DNA from: Schmidtea polychroa
Lineage: Eukaryota
Direction: 5' to 3'
Assembly: GCA_044892525.1 (NCBI GenBank)
Contig: CM097888.1
Location: forward strand, 65,968,001 to 66,031,777
DNA length: 63,777 nt
Shown here: one piece after another, positions 13,450-24,949 of the stretch
Numbering within the stretch: position 1 is the first letter of the stretch
Layout: the number at the start of each line of letters is the position of its first letter
Translations under genes and position numbers: made by a program
The notes under the pieces: generated by a model
Databases searched by the model: none
What the model saw: the letters and a program-made list of their open reading frames with translations, nothing else
Told to the model about the DNA's origin: nothing

Positions 13450-14684
13450 GAATCAAATAGCAGCTTCAATACAAATTTTACATTTCCCGAAAAGAATTAT
13501 TCAAATGATGAACGAGTAGAATTTTATCAGCAATCCATGCTTAATGATTTACAAACTACAAACAGTATGCTTTCATCACACATGTGTCAATTATCTCAAG
13601 ATTGCGGTTCAAAATTAATAACCTCAAATTACCTTGATTTTATGCCAAAGCTCAATGCTGATAATTGTGATATTCCGAATCGAAAGTCGAGTATGGCCAT
13701 AAGTAGTAACAATAGCATTGAAAATCTCGAAGTGGTAGAAGAAATTGAAAATGAAGATAACGATGATGAAGATGATTTTGAATCTGAAATCGAGATTGAA
13801 CATTGTAATGTTCCTCCGTACAATTCTAATTCCATCAATCACGTAAACTGTTTAAAGCATAATTCTAAAAAGAAATTAAATGTGAATGTCTGCACTGAAT
13901 CTCTTCAAGAGTCACCTTTATCACTTGCCTGTTCTGGTGGACATATAGAAGTTGTGAAGCTTTTGATAAACAGTGGTGCGAAATTGGAACATAGAGATAA
14001 AAAATCTCAAACAGCTCTTCATGTGGCAGTCTTAAATGGTCATTTAGAAGTTGTTAAGTTTCTTCTCGATTCAGGAGCCGACATTGAAGCGATGGTTGAA
14101 AGAACAAAAGACACTGCATTGTCTATTGCATGTGCTAATGGGAAATATGAAATCGTTGAAGAATTGGTCAAACGAAATGCAATGATTGAACATCGAAATA
14201 TTTCCGATTACACACCTTTAAGTTTAGCAGCATCTGGCGGATTTGTTGATATCATCAAATTTCTATTGAAAAATAATGCTGAAATAAATTCTAGAACGAA
14301 TTCCAAGTTGGGAATAAGTCCACTCATGTTAGCGGCAATGAATGGTCATGTAAATGCAGTCAACGTACTTCTTGATAATGGATCAGATATCAATGCACAG
14401 ATTGAAACAAATCGAAATACAGCTTTAACACTTGCATGTTTTCAAGGTCGAAATGAAGTCGTGTCCTTATTGGTAGATAAAAAAGCGTATGTCGAACACC
14501 GAGCAAAAAGTGGATTGACTCCTTTAATGGAAGCTGCATCACAGGGTCATGTTGAAGTCGGTAGGATTTTGATAAATGCCGGTGCAGATGTCAATGCAGC
14601 TCCGGTTCCGTCATCTCGTGAAACTGTATTGATTATTGCCGCAGACAAGGGTCATACTGAATTCGTTAAATTACTTTTAAAGCA
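13450..14684 (+). CDS. mask: MASK exon, ankyrin block 2
   Basis: ttttag acceptor. ERTKDTALSIAC, NISDYTPLSLAASGG, SKLGISPLMLAAMNGH, QIETNRNTALTLACFQGR and PVPSSRET are diagnostic MASK repeats. Phase-2 gtaagt donor at 14685. Confidence 0.95.
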
Positions 14685-14731
14685 GTAAGTTTATCTTTAT
14701 AAAAAATATTGAAACTCAGATTTCCTTTAAG

Positions 14732-14793
14732 TGGCGCCATTGTTGATTCAAAAAATAAAAAAGGCGATACTCCTCTTTGGCTGGCGTGCAACG
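14732..14793 (+). CDS. mask: MASK small exon (ankyrin)
   Basis: Lies between 47-nt and 44-nt introns. Encodes (H)GAIVDSKNKKGDTPLWLACN(G), matching ANKHD1 GAHIDVRNKKGNTPLWLASNGG. Confidence 0.9.
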
Positions 14794-14837
14794 GTTGATT
14801 TAGTTATTGTTAATTTATTGAAATAATACGATTTCAG

Positions 14838-15040
14838 GAGGTTATATTGATGTTGTCAAAATTCTGATTGACTACAAAGCAGATGCGAATAGTTCCGATA
14901 ATCGACGAATGACGTGTTTAATGACGGCATTTAAAAAGGGTCATATAAAAGTTGTCAAAGAATTGGTTAAATACGTTACTCAGTTTCCGTCAGAACATGA
15001 TTGCAATAAACATATGAAATCTATAAAAGACGCTGATAAA
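14838..15040 (+). CDS. mask: MASK exon, last ankyrin repeats
   Basis: Encodes GYIDVVKILIDYKADANSSDNRRMTCLMTAFKKGHIKVVKELVKYVTQFPSEHDC. Phase-0 gtaaat donor at 15041. Confidence 0.92.
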
Positions 15041-15263
15041 GTAAATATTGAATTATTTCTGGTCAATAAATAAATAGCATTCAATTTCATAAATTATTGA
15101 ATCCATTCGTCATTTTCGCTTTTATAAAAATATTTATTTAATTTGTCATATTAAATTAATATATTTATTATTAAAATTCAAATAAATATAAATTAATTTA
15201 TTTGAATTTTAATAATCAATTAATTAATACTTATTTGATTTTTAATATTAAATTAATATTATA

Positions 15264-17255
15264 ATGGATATTAGGAAATAGTATCTAATAGTATGACTAA
15301 TAAAATATGCTTGTGTTTATACTGTTTATTAATATGACCAGCTTCAAATAAATATATTCACAAATTAATTATATTTCATAAGCGGAATATATACAGTCCT
15401 TAGTACTTAAGAAAACTTTTGGGAGTATATCTATCCGGCTATCGATATACATGGTAAACAGAGGGCAAGGAGAGATAATGATCTCGGTCGTGCAGTAGAG
15501 CAGATTTATAACGATCGCTAGAAGGTTATGGGTGCGAAGAACAAATAAGACTTTTACAAATATATATTACAAACTTATGAAGAAACAGACGTTTACAATT
15601 GCATTCAAAAAAGAAGTGATTGACTATATGGAACGAGGTAACTTGTTAATATATAATATAAGGCAGGAAAACACTTTAGTAAGCGTAATAGATGCCAATA
15701 TAAGAATCACTCTATGTTCCAGCAATGGTACTTTAAGAGAGAACAAATCATCATCGATGCTAAGAGTTTCTGGTGGTTGAAGAAAGTCATTGTTAGGGGC
15801 CCTTGAATAAGTATTGGTAGATGAGATAATCGAGTTAAGAATAATGAAGATTAAAGTCACGAGAACGTATATTAGAGCATCTTCGTTGGCACAAGAAAAT
15901 GGCATCGTTATGCAAGCCACCGGGAATTGGGTGACTGGATTTATGCAGAGACATGAACTCAGTCTCAGAAGGACAACAAATTTCACAACATTATCAGATG
16001 AAGAGCTAGTTTCGCGTGCTGTGAATTACATGTGCTATATGCAAGATACCATACCATAAACCTGTCAATAACTTATATTGGATGAAACAGCAGTCTTTTT
16101 TGAAGATTGTAGGACACAAACTGCTGATATACAGGGTAGAAGGCATGTTGTAATGAAGTCAACAGGATTTGTCTCAATGAGAATAACTGCAGCACTTTCA
16201 TTATGGGAAAACGGCTTATTATTCACAGAGGCTCCAATTGGCATTGTATTAAAAAAGAGAGAAATGTGATGTATATTAAACAGAATAAAGCCTGGGTAAA
16301 TCAAAACTTCATTATAGGTGGATCGACCAAATGTTTCCTCTCTTCGACACAGCGCCAGGTAGGTGCATAATTTGGGATCCTTGTAGAGCCAATATATGAG
16401 AGAAAGTAAATAATCATTGCAGGAAAAGAGGTATTTTGCAATTTGTTATACCCGGTGGGCTGACTCCATTTCTTCAAGCGGGAGACATAGGTATCTATCG
16501 TGGATTCAAGGATAACATTTATAACTTGATCAATACGTGGAAGCAATCTGACAACTTACAATATACACGCAGCGGAAATCCCAGGGCTCCAACCCATAAT
16601 TTAGTTAATTCATGGGTCAAATGAAGCTTGGAATATGGTTAATCAGGGGAACATTTTAATTTCGATCAAATCATCAGGAATATCCCCAAATTTCGAGGAA
16701 TGGCACATGATACTAAGCATGATATACATGGCAATCTTTTTCGTGAGCTCTACTTAGCGCCACACTCAAGTGCTGTGATCCAAATTTTGAATGATAATCT
16801 CATTGATTCGAATATTTACGATGTTTTTGATGCTTAAGAAATATATGGCCCGATCTAATATTTTTTATTACTTTGAATTTACCGTATTTTTAAAATAATC
16901 AAAATGTATAACTAAACTTAGATTTAACCATATAAAAAAATTAAAGTACTGAATACTATGACTAACCAAATAATATGACCAAATATTTTTTTCATATACA
17001 CTCATACCTCGCTTTACGGCCTAGATACGTTCCAGAAAAGTTGGCCGCAAAGCGAAACGCCGCATAACGAATTAAATACATTTTGATACAATTCCATATA
17101 AATTTCACACTTTTTTTGGCCGTATAACGAAACATTTTAGGCCGTAAATCGAAAAAGTGCCGTAATTAAAGTAGGCCGTTATAGCGAAAAGCCGTATAAA
17201 GAGCAGCCGTATAGCGAGGTATGAGTGTAGTAGTCTACTATTTCCTAATATCCGT
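15264..17255 (+). mobile_element. Degenerate pogo-family (POGK-like) transposon in MASK intron
   Basis: TIR core ggatattaggaaatagta at both ends with TA flanks. Remnants FTIAFKKEVI (HTH), WVTGFMQRHELSLRRTT (CENPB-like HTH), DETAV and IPGGLTPFLQAGDIG, with many stops and frameshifts. Confidence 0.88.
16999..17227. mobile_element. Tigger/pogo-type MITE nested in the pogo element
   Basis: TIR cactcatacctcgct(t/a)tacggc, TA TSD, internal ggccgta repeats. Confidence 0.88.
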
Positions 17256-19160
17256 TAGTTACATTTTTGTTGTTAAATTATATTATAATTTTCAATATGA
17301 TAAATTGTAAGTATTAGAATTTTATTATTAATTATTTATGATTTTGAATTTTTTGATTAGTTACATGAGGTTTTTATAGAATTGATTTTTAATATTACAA
17401 TATTTAATAATTTTATAATCATTAATATAAATATAATCATTAATAATGCTCATTTTTTTGTGAAAAGTGTACCATTAAAATGTTTATAGAAACAACAATA
17501 ATATTTAAGTGATTTTTTTTTTAAAAAAAGCCTTCTCATAATTTTTACAAAAACAATATAAATTCCAGTAAAAAATAAAATCCAAGATACTTAAAGCCAG
17601 TTCGAATATATCAATGAATCCTGAGTCTTTAGTCCGAACTTGTTTCTACCGCTCAACAATAAATTGAAAAAGTCATATATTAGTGTCATTTATTATAGAT
17701 TTAGATATAGATAGATAATTCTTCAAAATATAAAATTTCTTCTTTATTTCCATAAATAAATCGGTAGTGCATCCAAATAATTGTTTACATTTAACTTATC
17801 ATATTACAACAATTTGATTTTGAAAATGACAAGCAGTCTACGTAGAATTGTTTTTATTTAAAATCACTGACCGATAGAGATAATATTTGAATATAAAACT
17901 GTCGAACAATATTTGTAGTAATAATCTTTGAGAAACAAATTAAAAATGTATTTCTAAATAAATCTCATTGACCAGCGTCAAATAATCTTTAAGCAGGCGT
18001 AAAATACTTAGAAACTGTGTAAACCGGTTTTAGATTATAAGAAATCAATAAGCAATTCAGAAATTTTTCTAAATTTTTTAGTGATTGCCCTAATGGTTTA
18101 AGAGAATTAGTATGTTTTCTATTATATTTAACGGAAGCTAAAATCAAAGATTTCGAAAATTGGTCGAATGCCATGCTTTGTAAACTACTGCATTACATGG
18201 TACCAATGTTCCTTCAAAAAAGAAATTACTGAAACATATTTGTGATGATAAAATATATTTTTTAGTGTAAACTAGTTTAAATCATCCCATATTGTTAATA
18301 ATCTTTATTTTTCTGCATTAAATCACTAAGTTAAAAGCACAGTTTCGTTGAATATACGAATAGAAAAACGAATGAGAACGGTGGATAGTGTCAAATCTGG
18401 GTTGACTGATAGTTTTTAGGAGTACCAGTAACATTTTGCTTCCAAATTTACTAGCTATTCCAGTATTTAAATTTTGATATCAATTTAAGTTATTTTTTAT
18501 AATCCAAGGCTTTTTAAGAAATTTAAAGCTTTTTTTATTTTTTTATGCGATACATTCCTTTGAAAAAACAACAGATAATAAATGATAGGATTTTAATTTT
18601 ATACTTGCTTACAATCTACAAAGTTTGTCACGTCAAAATGACAATTAATTTCTGGGGGACTATATCTTTAGAAGGATAAAAAGTTAGGAAAACGTCGTTA
18701 TACACAAAGCCATTTTCTTTTTGAAAATCTAATGATTTTATTAACTTCCTCGAAAGGTTTAAGTGATTTTTATTTTATTTTGATGATAATAATTAAAGTA
18801 ATAAGTGACTTATTTTATCTCGGTATAATTGATTGACTACACAACGTCAAATTCTCTGTTGTTACTATTTATATACGTTCAATAATAAGTCTATTAATGC
18901 ACACATTTTTGAACTACTCTCTTCTCCAACTGAGTAATGACATGCATGTCTACAGTATTTCTCTCAAACCTGCTAGCCTATCACAATGAGATATTTATTT
19001 GTCATTTATTGAGGCGTGCTAATGTCAATTCTAATCAATATGATAAAAATTTGATTCTAAATCCTGTTATGATTTTCGTTCAATTTTATTTATCTTTGGA
19101 TTTAATACGTTGTTGGATATATTTCAAATGCTCTAAACTTTCTTCTAATGCTAATCTGCC

Positions 19161-19415
19161 ATGGCATTTAACTATATGTTAATGCCCAAATATATGCCTG
19201 GATTAATTCTGAGTCAACGTGTTGAAAACAACTACAGATCAATATACAATTCAGATTTATCGTCGTTTAAAACAGTGTGTAAAAACATATCGAATATGGA
19301 ATTAAGTTATTTCATCGATCGATCACAAATATCTAATTTAAGTATTGATAAATGTGAGTCATGTCGAGATTTCACTGATATTTTTGATGAAGCACATTAT
19401 AATGATATGGATTTG
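19161..19415 (+). CDS. Candidate alternative first coding exon in the last MASK intron
   Basis: gccATGG start, 85 open codons, TTG|gtaagt donor in phase 0, matching the phase-0 acceptor at 19559. Confidence 0.4.
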
Positions 19416-19558
19416 GTAAGTAAGCTTAAGTTCAGAATTTAACCTAATCGATTATGGTAGTTAATTAAACGATTTCTAAATACTTATTAAAATTAATTGA
19501 AATATTTCTTTAAATTTTTAAATTTTATTTTGTAAATCAGTAAAATATTTCTTTTTAG

Positions 19559-22500
19559 GATCTAATTAATAGATGTGAGGCTTGTAAAGATATTATTCTA
19601 AAAGCTAAAGAACGTCAAGAGTACGAAGCTGCGAAAAATGCAAAAGACCTTTTAAAACAAGTAGAAGAAGAGAGAAAAGCAAAAGAACAAAAAGAAGTAA
19701 AGCAGGCCAAAAAACGAGAAAAAAAGAAAGCAAAGAAAAAGGCTAAGCAAGAAAAAGAGGATACTCCTAAAAGTGACAAACAAGACGCGTCAGATGATAA
19801 CTTAGTTTTGTCGAAAAATCAAAATGATTATATGGAGAATTATTATCTTGAGGATTTAGACCAGAAATCATTAAATAACAATGAAAATATTAATCCAGAA
19901 AATCGAAATTCAATCAAGCCCGGTAAGCAGTTAAAAGTAAAAATAGAATCAGAGAAAAACAAGTCTTCCAATTCTACTGAAGAAATAAAATCCAAGAAAA
20001 TGATTAATGGAGTTGTGAAAATTAAAAAAGAAGAATCGTCAAATTTTCCCAAGGAAACTAATGGAAAAATTATGTCAAATTCGTCCAATATAATGGAAAT
20101 TTCACCACATAAAATTACCAATAAAGGAAACACGTGGACTCACATAAATTCTAGTAAAAGTGTTCAATCAAATAAAATCGAAGAATCAATTAGTAGTAAT
20201 TGGCAGAAAATTGGAGGGAGTAAAAAGAAATTAGATATTCAAGTGAATAAAAAGGATATAGGTAAAGTTATCGGACAAGGTGGTTCTGTCGTTAATGCTA
20301 TTAGACACATAACTGGAGCACACATAGATATAGATAGCATGGCAAATGAACTCGACGAAAGGACTGTGCATTTAAAAGGGACATCAGACGCAGTACATAA
20401 AGCTAAAGAATTTATCTGTGATTTAGTTGAAGGTAAAATAACGGGAAATCATGTAATTCAAGAATCGGAAACTTTTTTGACGAAATCTGCAAATAATCCA
20501 AAAATTCCCACCGAGTTCAGTAACATTGCTAACAGCTCTGATACAGAATATCCCAAAGCCACTCATCCTAAAACTCTGTCATTAGTCCGTCACAATGGAA
20601 AAGTGAATAAAGTTGGCTATAGCAAATTCAGTTTAACTCCAGTAAACAACAATAACAATAACAATAATGGTAGTTTGCAATATGGTTTTTCTAAGTCAGT
20701 TAAAGGTCCAGATTTTGCTACAGTTGCCGCAGCAGGCATCGTCCCAGTAAATCCTTCAGTTCATTTGTCTCAGAGGACAAAATATTCTGAGAAAATAACC
20801 TATACTGGAAATTACCACAATAGCCAATTTCCAAGTTTATCCGAAATCAATTCTGATTCATTTCCTTCCAGTCAACAATTTGAAAATCGTAAAATATCAG
20901 AAAGTCCTTCTAATGAAACTCAAACCAGTTTGAATATGATTCAAGGAAAGCACCTTGATATAGAAAATTCACTTATCAACGAACCACTGGAAGTTAATAC
21001 GAATATGCAAGTTATGATAGGGCTGCCATCACATGTGCCTAATAATAACAATAGCAATAACAACAGCAACAGCAATAATAATGTATCTAAATCCTTTCCT
21101 CTTGCACCGGGTTCAGAAAGAAGTCTCCACCAAAGGACGTATAATTCTACTCCAGAACATTCTCCTCAAATTGAAATGAATTGTTCCAAGAGCACCAATA
21201 ATAAGAAACACGGAAGTTCTTCTGCCGATATCAATTCCTCTGACAGTACTATAACTTCGAATAACTCCGACAAAGATGACATAGCCGATTTCAATAATCT
21301 AAACGTCAACAATAACTCCTGTATTGCTGCTGGGGCGAGAAATTCACTGGGAAACATTCCAAATTGGACAGCTATATCACAAAGTGAAAAGCAATTTATC
21401 GATTTCACAAAACCATATCCAGATCCTAATATTAATTTCATAAACAATGAAAATGTAACTCTAAGTGATTATGAAGTCATGAGTCATTATCCTAAATTGC
21501 AGAGTCTCAATCCTAAAGCCGAAGCATTTTCTCCAGCAATCGGAACAATGTCCAACCCGAATTTCTATGGATATAAATCCGATGATCTGTATTATACTGT
21601 TAATGGCACTCTTACATTGAATCCATCGGCACACATATTCAAGCCGAGACAACCTGGTATTCCGGTGCATGGAATGGGAAATATCGGTCAAACTATCCCA
21701 CAAATGCCATCAAATAACGGGTTCAGTAATAATTCTTCGCCTGGGAACATTAATATCCAAAAGAATAACCCGAAATATGATCACAGTAACAGTAACAACA
21801 ACAACAATAATAATAATAATAATAATAATTCCGTAATCAATAAGAACGTTAAGAACTCCCCCGTGTATTCTATCCATCAAGCACCAAATATCGCTAATAC
21901 ACCGCTCGTGTCTGCCGCTTCACAAAACTACACACCAAAGTCTCATAATTCCTTTATTCCTCAAGAAGAACGAGTAATCCGACTCCAGGATCACATTAAC
22001 AAGGCAATCAATATTCTGATCAGCACAACCAATTATGATCAGAACATGGCGGAAGCTGCTTTTTCCAGCTTTATGAGATCAGCAAATCTCGATCTTAACA
22101 GTCCTTTAACCAGCTCGGAATTTACAGTTCTGATCAATAATATAATGAATCAAAGTCCGAATCCAACACAGCCAACTCCGATAATCAATCCACAAGGCAA
22201 CATACCTCAGCCGATTTCATTCCTTCCGGCAAACAATGGAATTAATTATCCACTGCCAACGAATCACATAACCGATATGAGCAATAGTGACAGTTTAAAT
22301 CGGATTCTACCGACACAGACTCCGCTTTCACTTCGACATCAGCAAATTCTTCTCAATCAAATTCCCACAACTCCACAGACAGCTTTGGCTTCTCAGCCAG
22401 CTCAGGCACCGTGGCCTATATTGAACAATGTTTCACTTTCGAATTTCAATTCAATCTGGGCGGCTCCGGGCTCGAATAACACTTTAGGTTCATTGAATTC

Positions 22501-22816
22501 ACCGTATTTTTCCACAATCGGCCATTGTGTTTCTGCACAGACAGCTTTCAACAGTGCTTTATCTTATAATATTCAACAATCATCGCTTTCTAATTCTAAT
22601 GAATCATCCTCTGCCTCGTTTGGATGTGATATCAATACCGCAGTAACTACCAACTCCTCCAATAAGAATCCAATTTCATCATCATCGACTTCTTCACAGA
22701 AATTGTTGGATTCTACTATCAAGGTAGCAGCAGCAGCGTCAGCGTCAACAAATATCAATGACACAAACGGTCCTATTCCAATGCATGAGAACGATTTCGA
22801 AAAAAAAGAAATTTAA
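19559..22816 (+). CDS. mask: MASK terminal exon: coiled coil/basic NLS-like tract, KH domain (~20222-20430, IGQGG loop), Asn/Ser/Pro-rich tail, stop TAA
   Basis: tttttag acceptor at 19558. DLINRCEACKDIILKAKERQEYEAAKNA matches ANKHD1 ELLKKCHQCVETIVKAKDQQAAEANKNA. 1085 open codons, continuous with the listed ORF 19808-22816. Confidence 0.93.
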   Translation, partial: DLINRCEACKDIILKAKERQEYEAAKNAKDLLKQVEEERKAKEQKEVKQAKKREKKKAKKKAKQEKEDTPKSDKQDASDDNLVLSKNQNDYMENYYLEDLDQKSLNNNENINPENRNSIKPGKQLKVKIESEKNKSSNSTEEIKSKKMINGVVKIKKEESSNFPKETNGKIMSNSSNIMEISPHKITNKGNTWTHINSSKSVQSNKIEESISSNWQKIGGSKKKLDIQVNKKDIGKVIGQGGSVVNAIRHITGAHIDIDSMANELDERTVHLKGTSDAVHKAKEFICDLVEGKITGNHVIQESETFLTKSANNPKIPTEFSNIANSSDTEYPKATHPKTLSLVRHNGKVNKVGYSKFSLTPVNNNNNNNNGSLQYGFSKSVKGPDFATVAAAGIVPVNPSVHLSQRTKYSEKITYTGNYHNSQFPSLSEINSDSFPSSQQFENRKISESPSNETQTSLNMIQGKHLDIENSLINEPLEVNTNMQVMIGLPSHVPNNNNSNNNSNSNNNVSKSFPLAPGSERSLHQRTYNSTPEHSPQIEMNCSKSTNNKKHGSSSADINSSDSTITSNNSDKDDIADFNNLNVNNNSCIAAGARNSLGNIPNWTAISQSEKQFIDFTKPYPDPNINFINNENVTLSDYEVMSHYPKLQSLNPKAEAFSPAIGTMSNPNFYGYKSDDLYYTVNGTLTLNPSAHIFKPRQPGIPVHGMGNIGQTIPQMPSNNGFSNNSSPGNINIQKNNPKYDHSNSNNNNNNNNNNNNSVINKNVKNSPVYSIHQAPNIANTPLVSAASQNYTPKSHNSFIPQEERVIRLQDHINKAINILISTTNYDQNMAEAAFSSFMRSANLDLNSPLTSSEFTVLINNIMNQSPNPTQPTPIINPQGNIPQPISFLPANNGINYPLPTNHITDMSNSDSLNRILPTQTPLSLRHQQILLNQIPTTPQTALASQPAQAPWPILNNVSLSNFNSIWAAPGSNNTLGSLNSPYFSTIGHCVSAQTAFNSALSYNIQQSSLSNSNESSSASFGCDINTAVTTNSSNKNPISSSSTSSQKLLDSTIKVAAAASASTNINDTNGPIPMHENDFEKKEI

Positions 22817-22880
22817 CAACAGTCAATTAATCATCAGACTCCTGATATTATTTGCTTGCCATCATGATGTGATGTCTTTA

Positions 22881-22886
22881 AATAAA
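22881..22886 (+). promoter_or_regulatory. Candidate polyadenylation signal of MASK
   Basis: AATAAA about 65 nt after the stop codon. This is weak evidence in such AT-rich DNA. Confidence 0.35.
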
Positions 22887-24949
22887 AAAATAAATTGTAT
22901 AGTTTGAACAAATAAATCTGTTTATTGCTAAATGATATTTCAATTCATCATGGACAGTATAGATTATGCTCGATTATTCTTTTTCATAAAATCTAATTCT
23001 TGTCATCACCGTTTATGATGAAATATTATATATAACATTGGGAAATAATTTGAAATTGACTAAGTGGTTGATTCAGTATCTCTATGCTTCTTTCTAATTT
23101 CAATGTGATAACATGGTATTCTGTCTTCAGAAACCTGAATCTATTTTTTAATATTTTTAATAAAAATTATAATTGTATAGTATATTGAAAAAGAAATTTA
23201 GGTACAATTGATACTTTGTTATGTTTACTTATTTTGGTGATAATTTGTTATTATATTGATCTGTTTCGTTATAATCACTGTCTACATCTTGATTAATAAT
23301 TTATTTTTTTGATAAAATCTGTAATTTAATAGTATAAATAGCTCTATACATATATATGCACTTTATGTAATATATACATTGTACTTTTAAATGAATTGCT
23401 TGCGGTACTTTTGTTATAGTAAGTTAATATGACTCAAATACAACTCAATTTGTTGATTTTAATATTGTATTATTTTATTTTTAGATTTTTAATTTCTAGA
23501 AAATTATTTATATTTTTTATCGATTTTGTAAAAATAATTAAAGAACTCTGAAATTTAATTTAATGGAGTAACTACTTTGATATTTATGGATGTCAGATTG
23601 AATTTGAAAAATGAATTATTTATTGAGTAAATTTTATTTAAAAAGAACACAGTTGACATTCGAACTAGTGATTATTTTTAACAAGATGACTAAAATGTAA
23701 TAATTCTATGTAAAAATTCAAATGTAATTAATTCTAACGGGTTATAAATAAAATTGAAGCGTAAAAATCAAAATACTAACACTTCTAGAGCAAGGTGTGA
23801 CATCTTGCCTCAGAGGTGGGACACATCAATAATTATCAACTATTCACGACCCAAATTAACAACGTGCATACTGATTATCGAAGGTTGACAAAGGGGCTGG
23901 TGGGGCATGGTATCAAGAATGTTGGGAAACACTGTTCTAAAGCGTACTTGTCTGATCTTCTATTTCCCATACTAGCAAGCATCCATTTCAAAACTTTCTA
24001 TAGCTTTCTCACAATAATTACTACATACACATCATATTTCAAAGAATCACAATAGGAAAAGGATTAGTAAACGTTACGAATTTAATAGGGTTCTAGGACA
24101 CTGATCAGAATTCATTTAACTAGCGCTTATAAGCACTGGCTTTTCTTCTTATCTGAATGAGGCTTTTTTCGCACAGATTCTTATTGTGTTCATAGCTGTT
24201 GTTATCCCTGTCTTTTTTCCTTTGGCGGTTTCAAACTCACTGATTTTCACCTAGACTAACTGCAATTGTTCGGGAGGAGGAAAGTGCACTGTTGCATGTA
24301 ATCTACATTTTATCCCGTCGTGTTGTCTCCAACGCAACCCAGAATATAATCTTTACTATGTCATTCGACACTCATTGAATGATCAATATTTCAACTGTAT
24401 TAGATAAGCGAGTACTAGCAACAAGTGAACGGACCCCTGTACACTATAATCATTGAGTATTAATTGTCCGTCTTTTTGTCCCCTACACATCGAATAGGTA
24501 TTGTAGGTTACCGAAAAAATAAACAAATTGAAGCTAAATTCTATATTTCGAATCACATCAGATGATAAATGAACGCTATTTGATTCTGCGCTATTTGATT
24601 ATTTGCTCAAACACTCTTATCGTAGCTCCTATCGTAGAATTTGGATCTCATCCCGTACCAAAATTATTGTTAACAAATCAATTTATTTCTATAGAAATTT
24701 GGAATTCTTTGTGAAAGTTGTAATATGCAAGGATTCATAATAGAATACAAGATAAGACAGTTTATTTTTATTAACACCATTGACAGTTTAAGAGTGTCTA
24801 TTGTGTAACCGCAATGTCCCAAGATGTGGGTCTCTATACGCGTATGAAGGCCGGCGCGCTTTCGTTTTCCCTCTTTGTATTACTTTTCCGGCCGTATTTC
24901 GACCATTTCAGGTTCCATCACTCAAATGCTACCGTGAAAACCTCATGGG

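Noticed and set aside
19843-22764. Minus-strand ORFs overlapping MASK, plus the antisense ORFs over hAT (35350-35670), pogo and AEBP2 (49185-49466)
   Set aside because: They are antisense shadows of real coding frames, with no independent motifs.
23791-23934. Possible 144-bp hAT MITE (right end gttgggaaacactg; flanks ttctagag / ttctaaag)
   Set aside because: The left TIR is too degenerate to support the boundaries.
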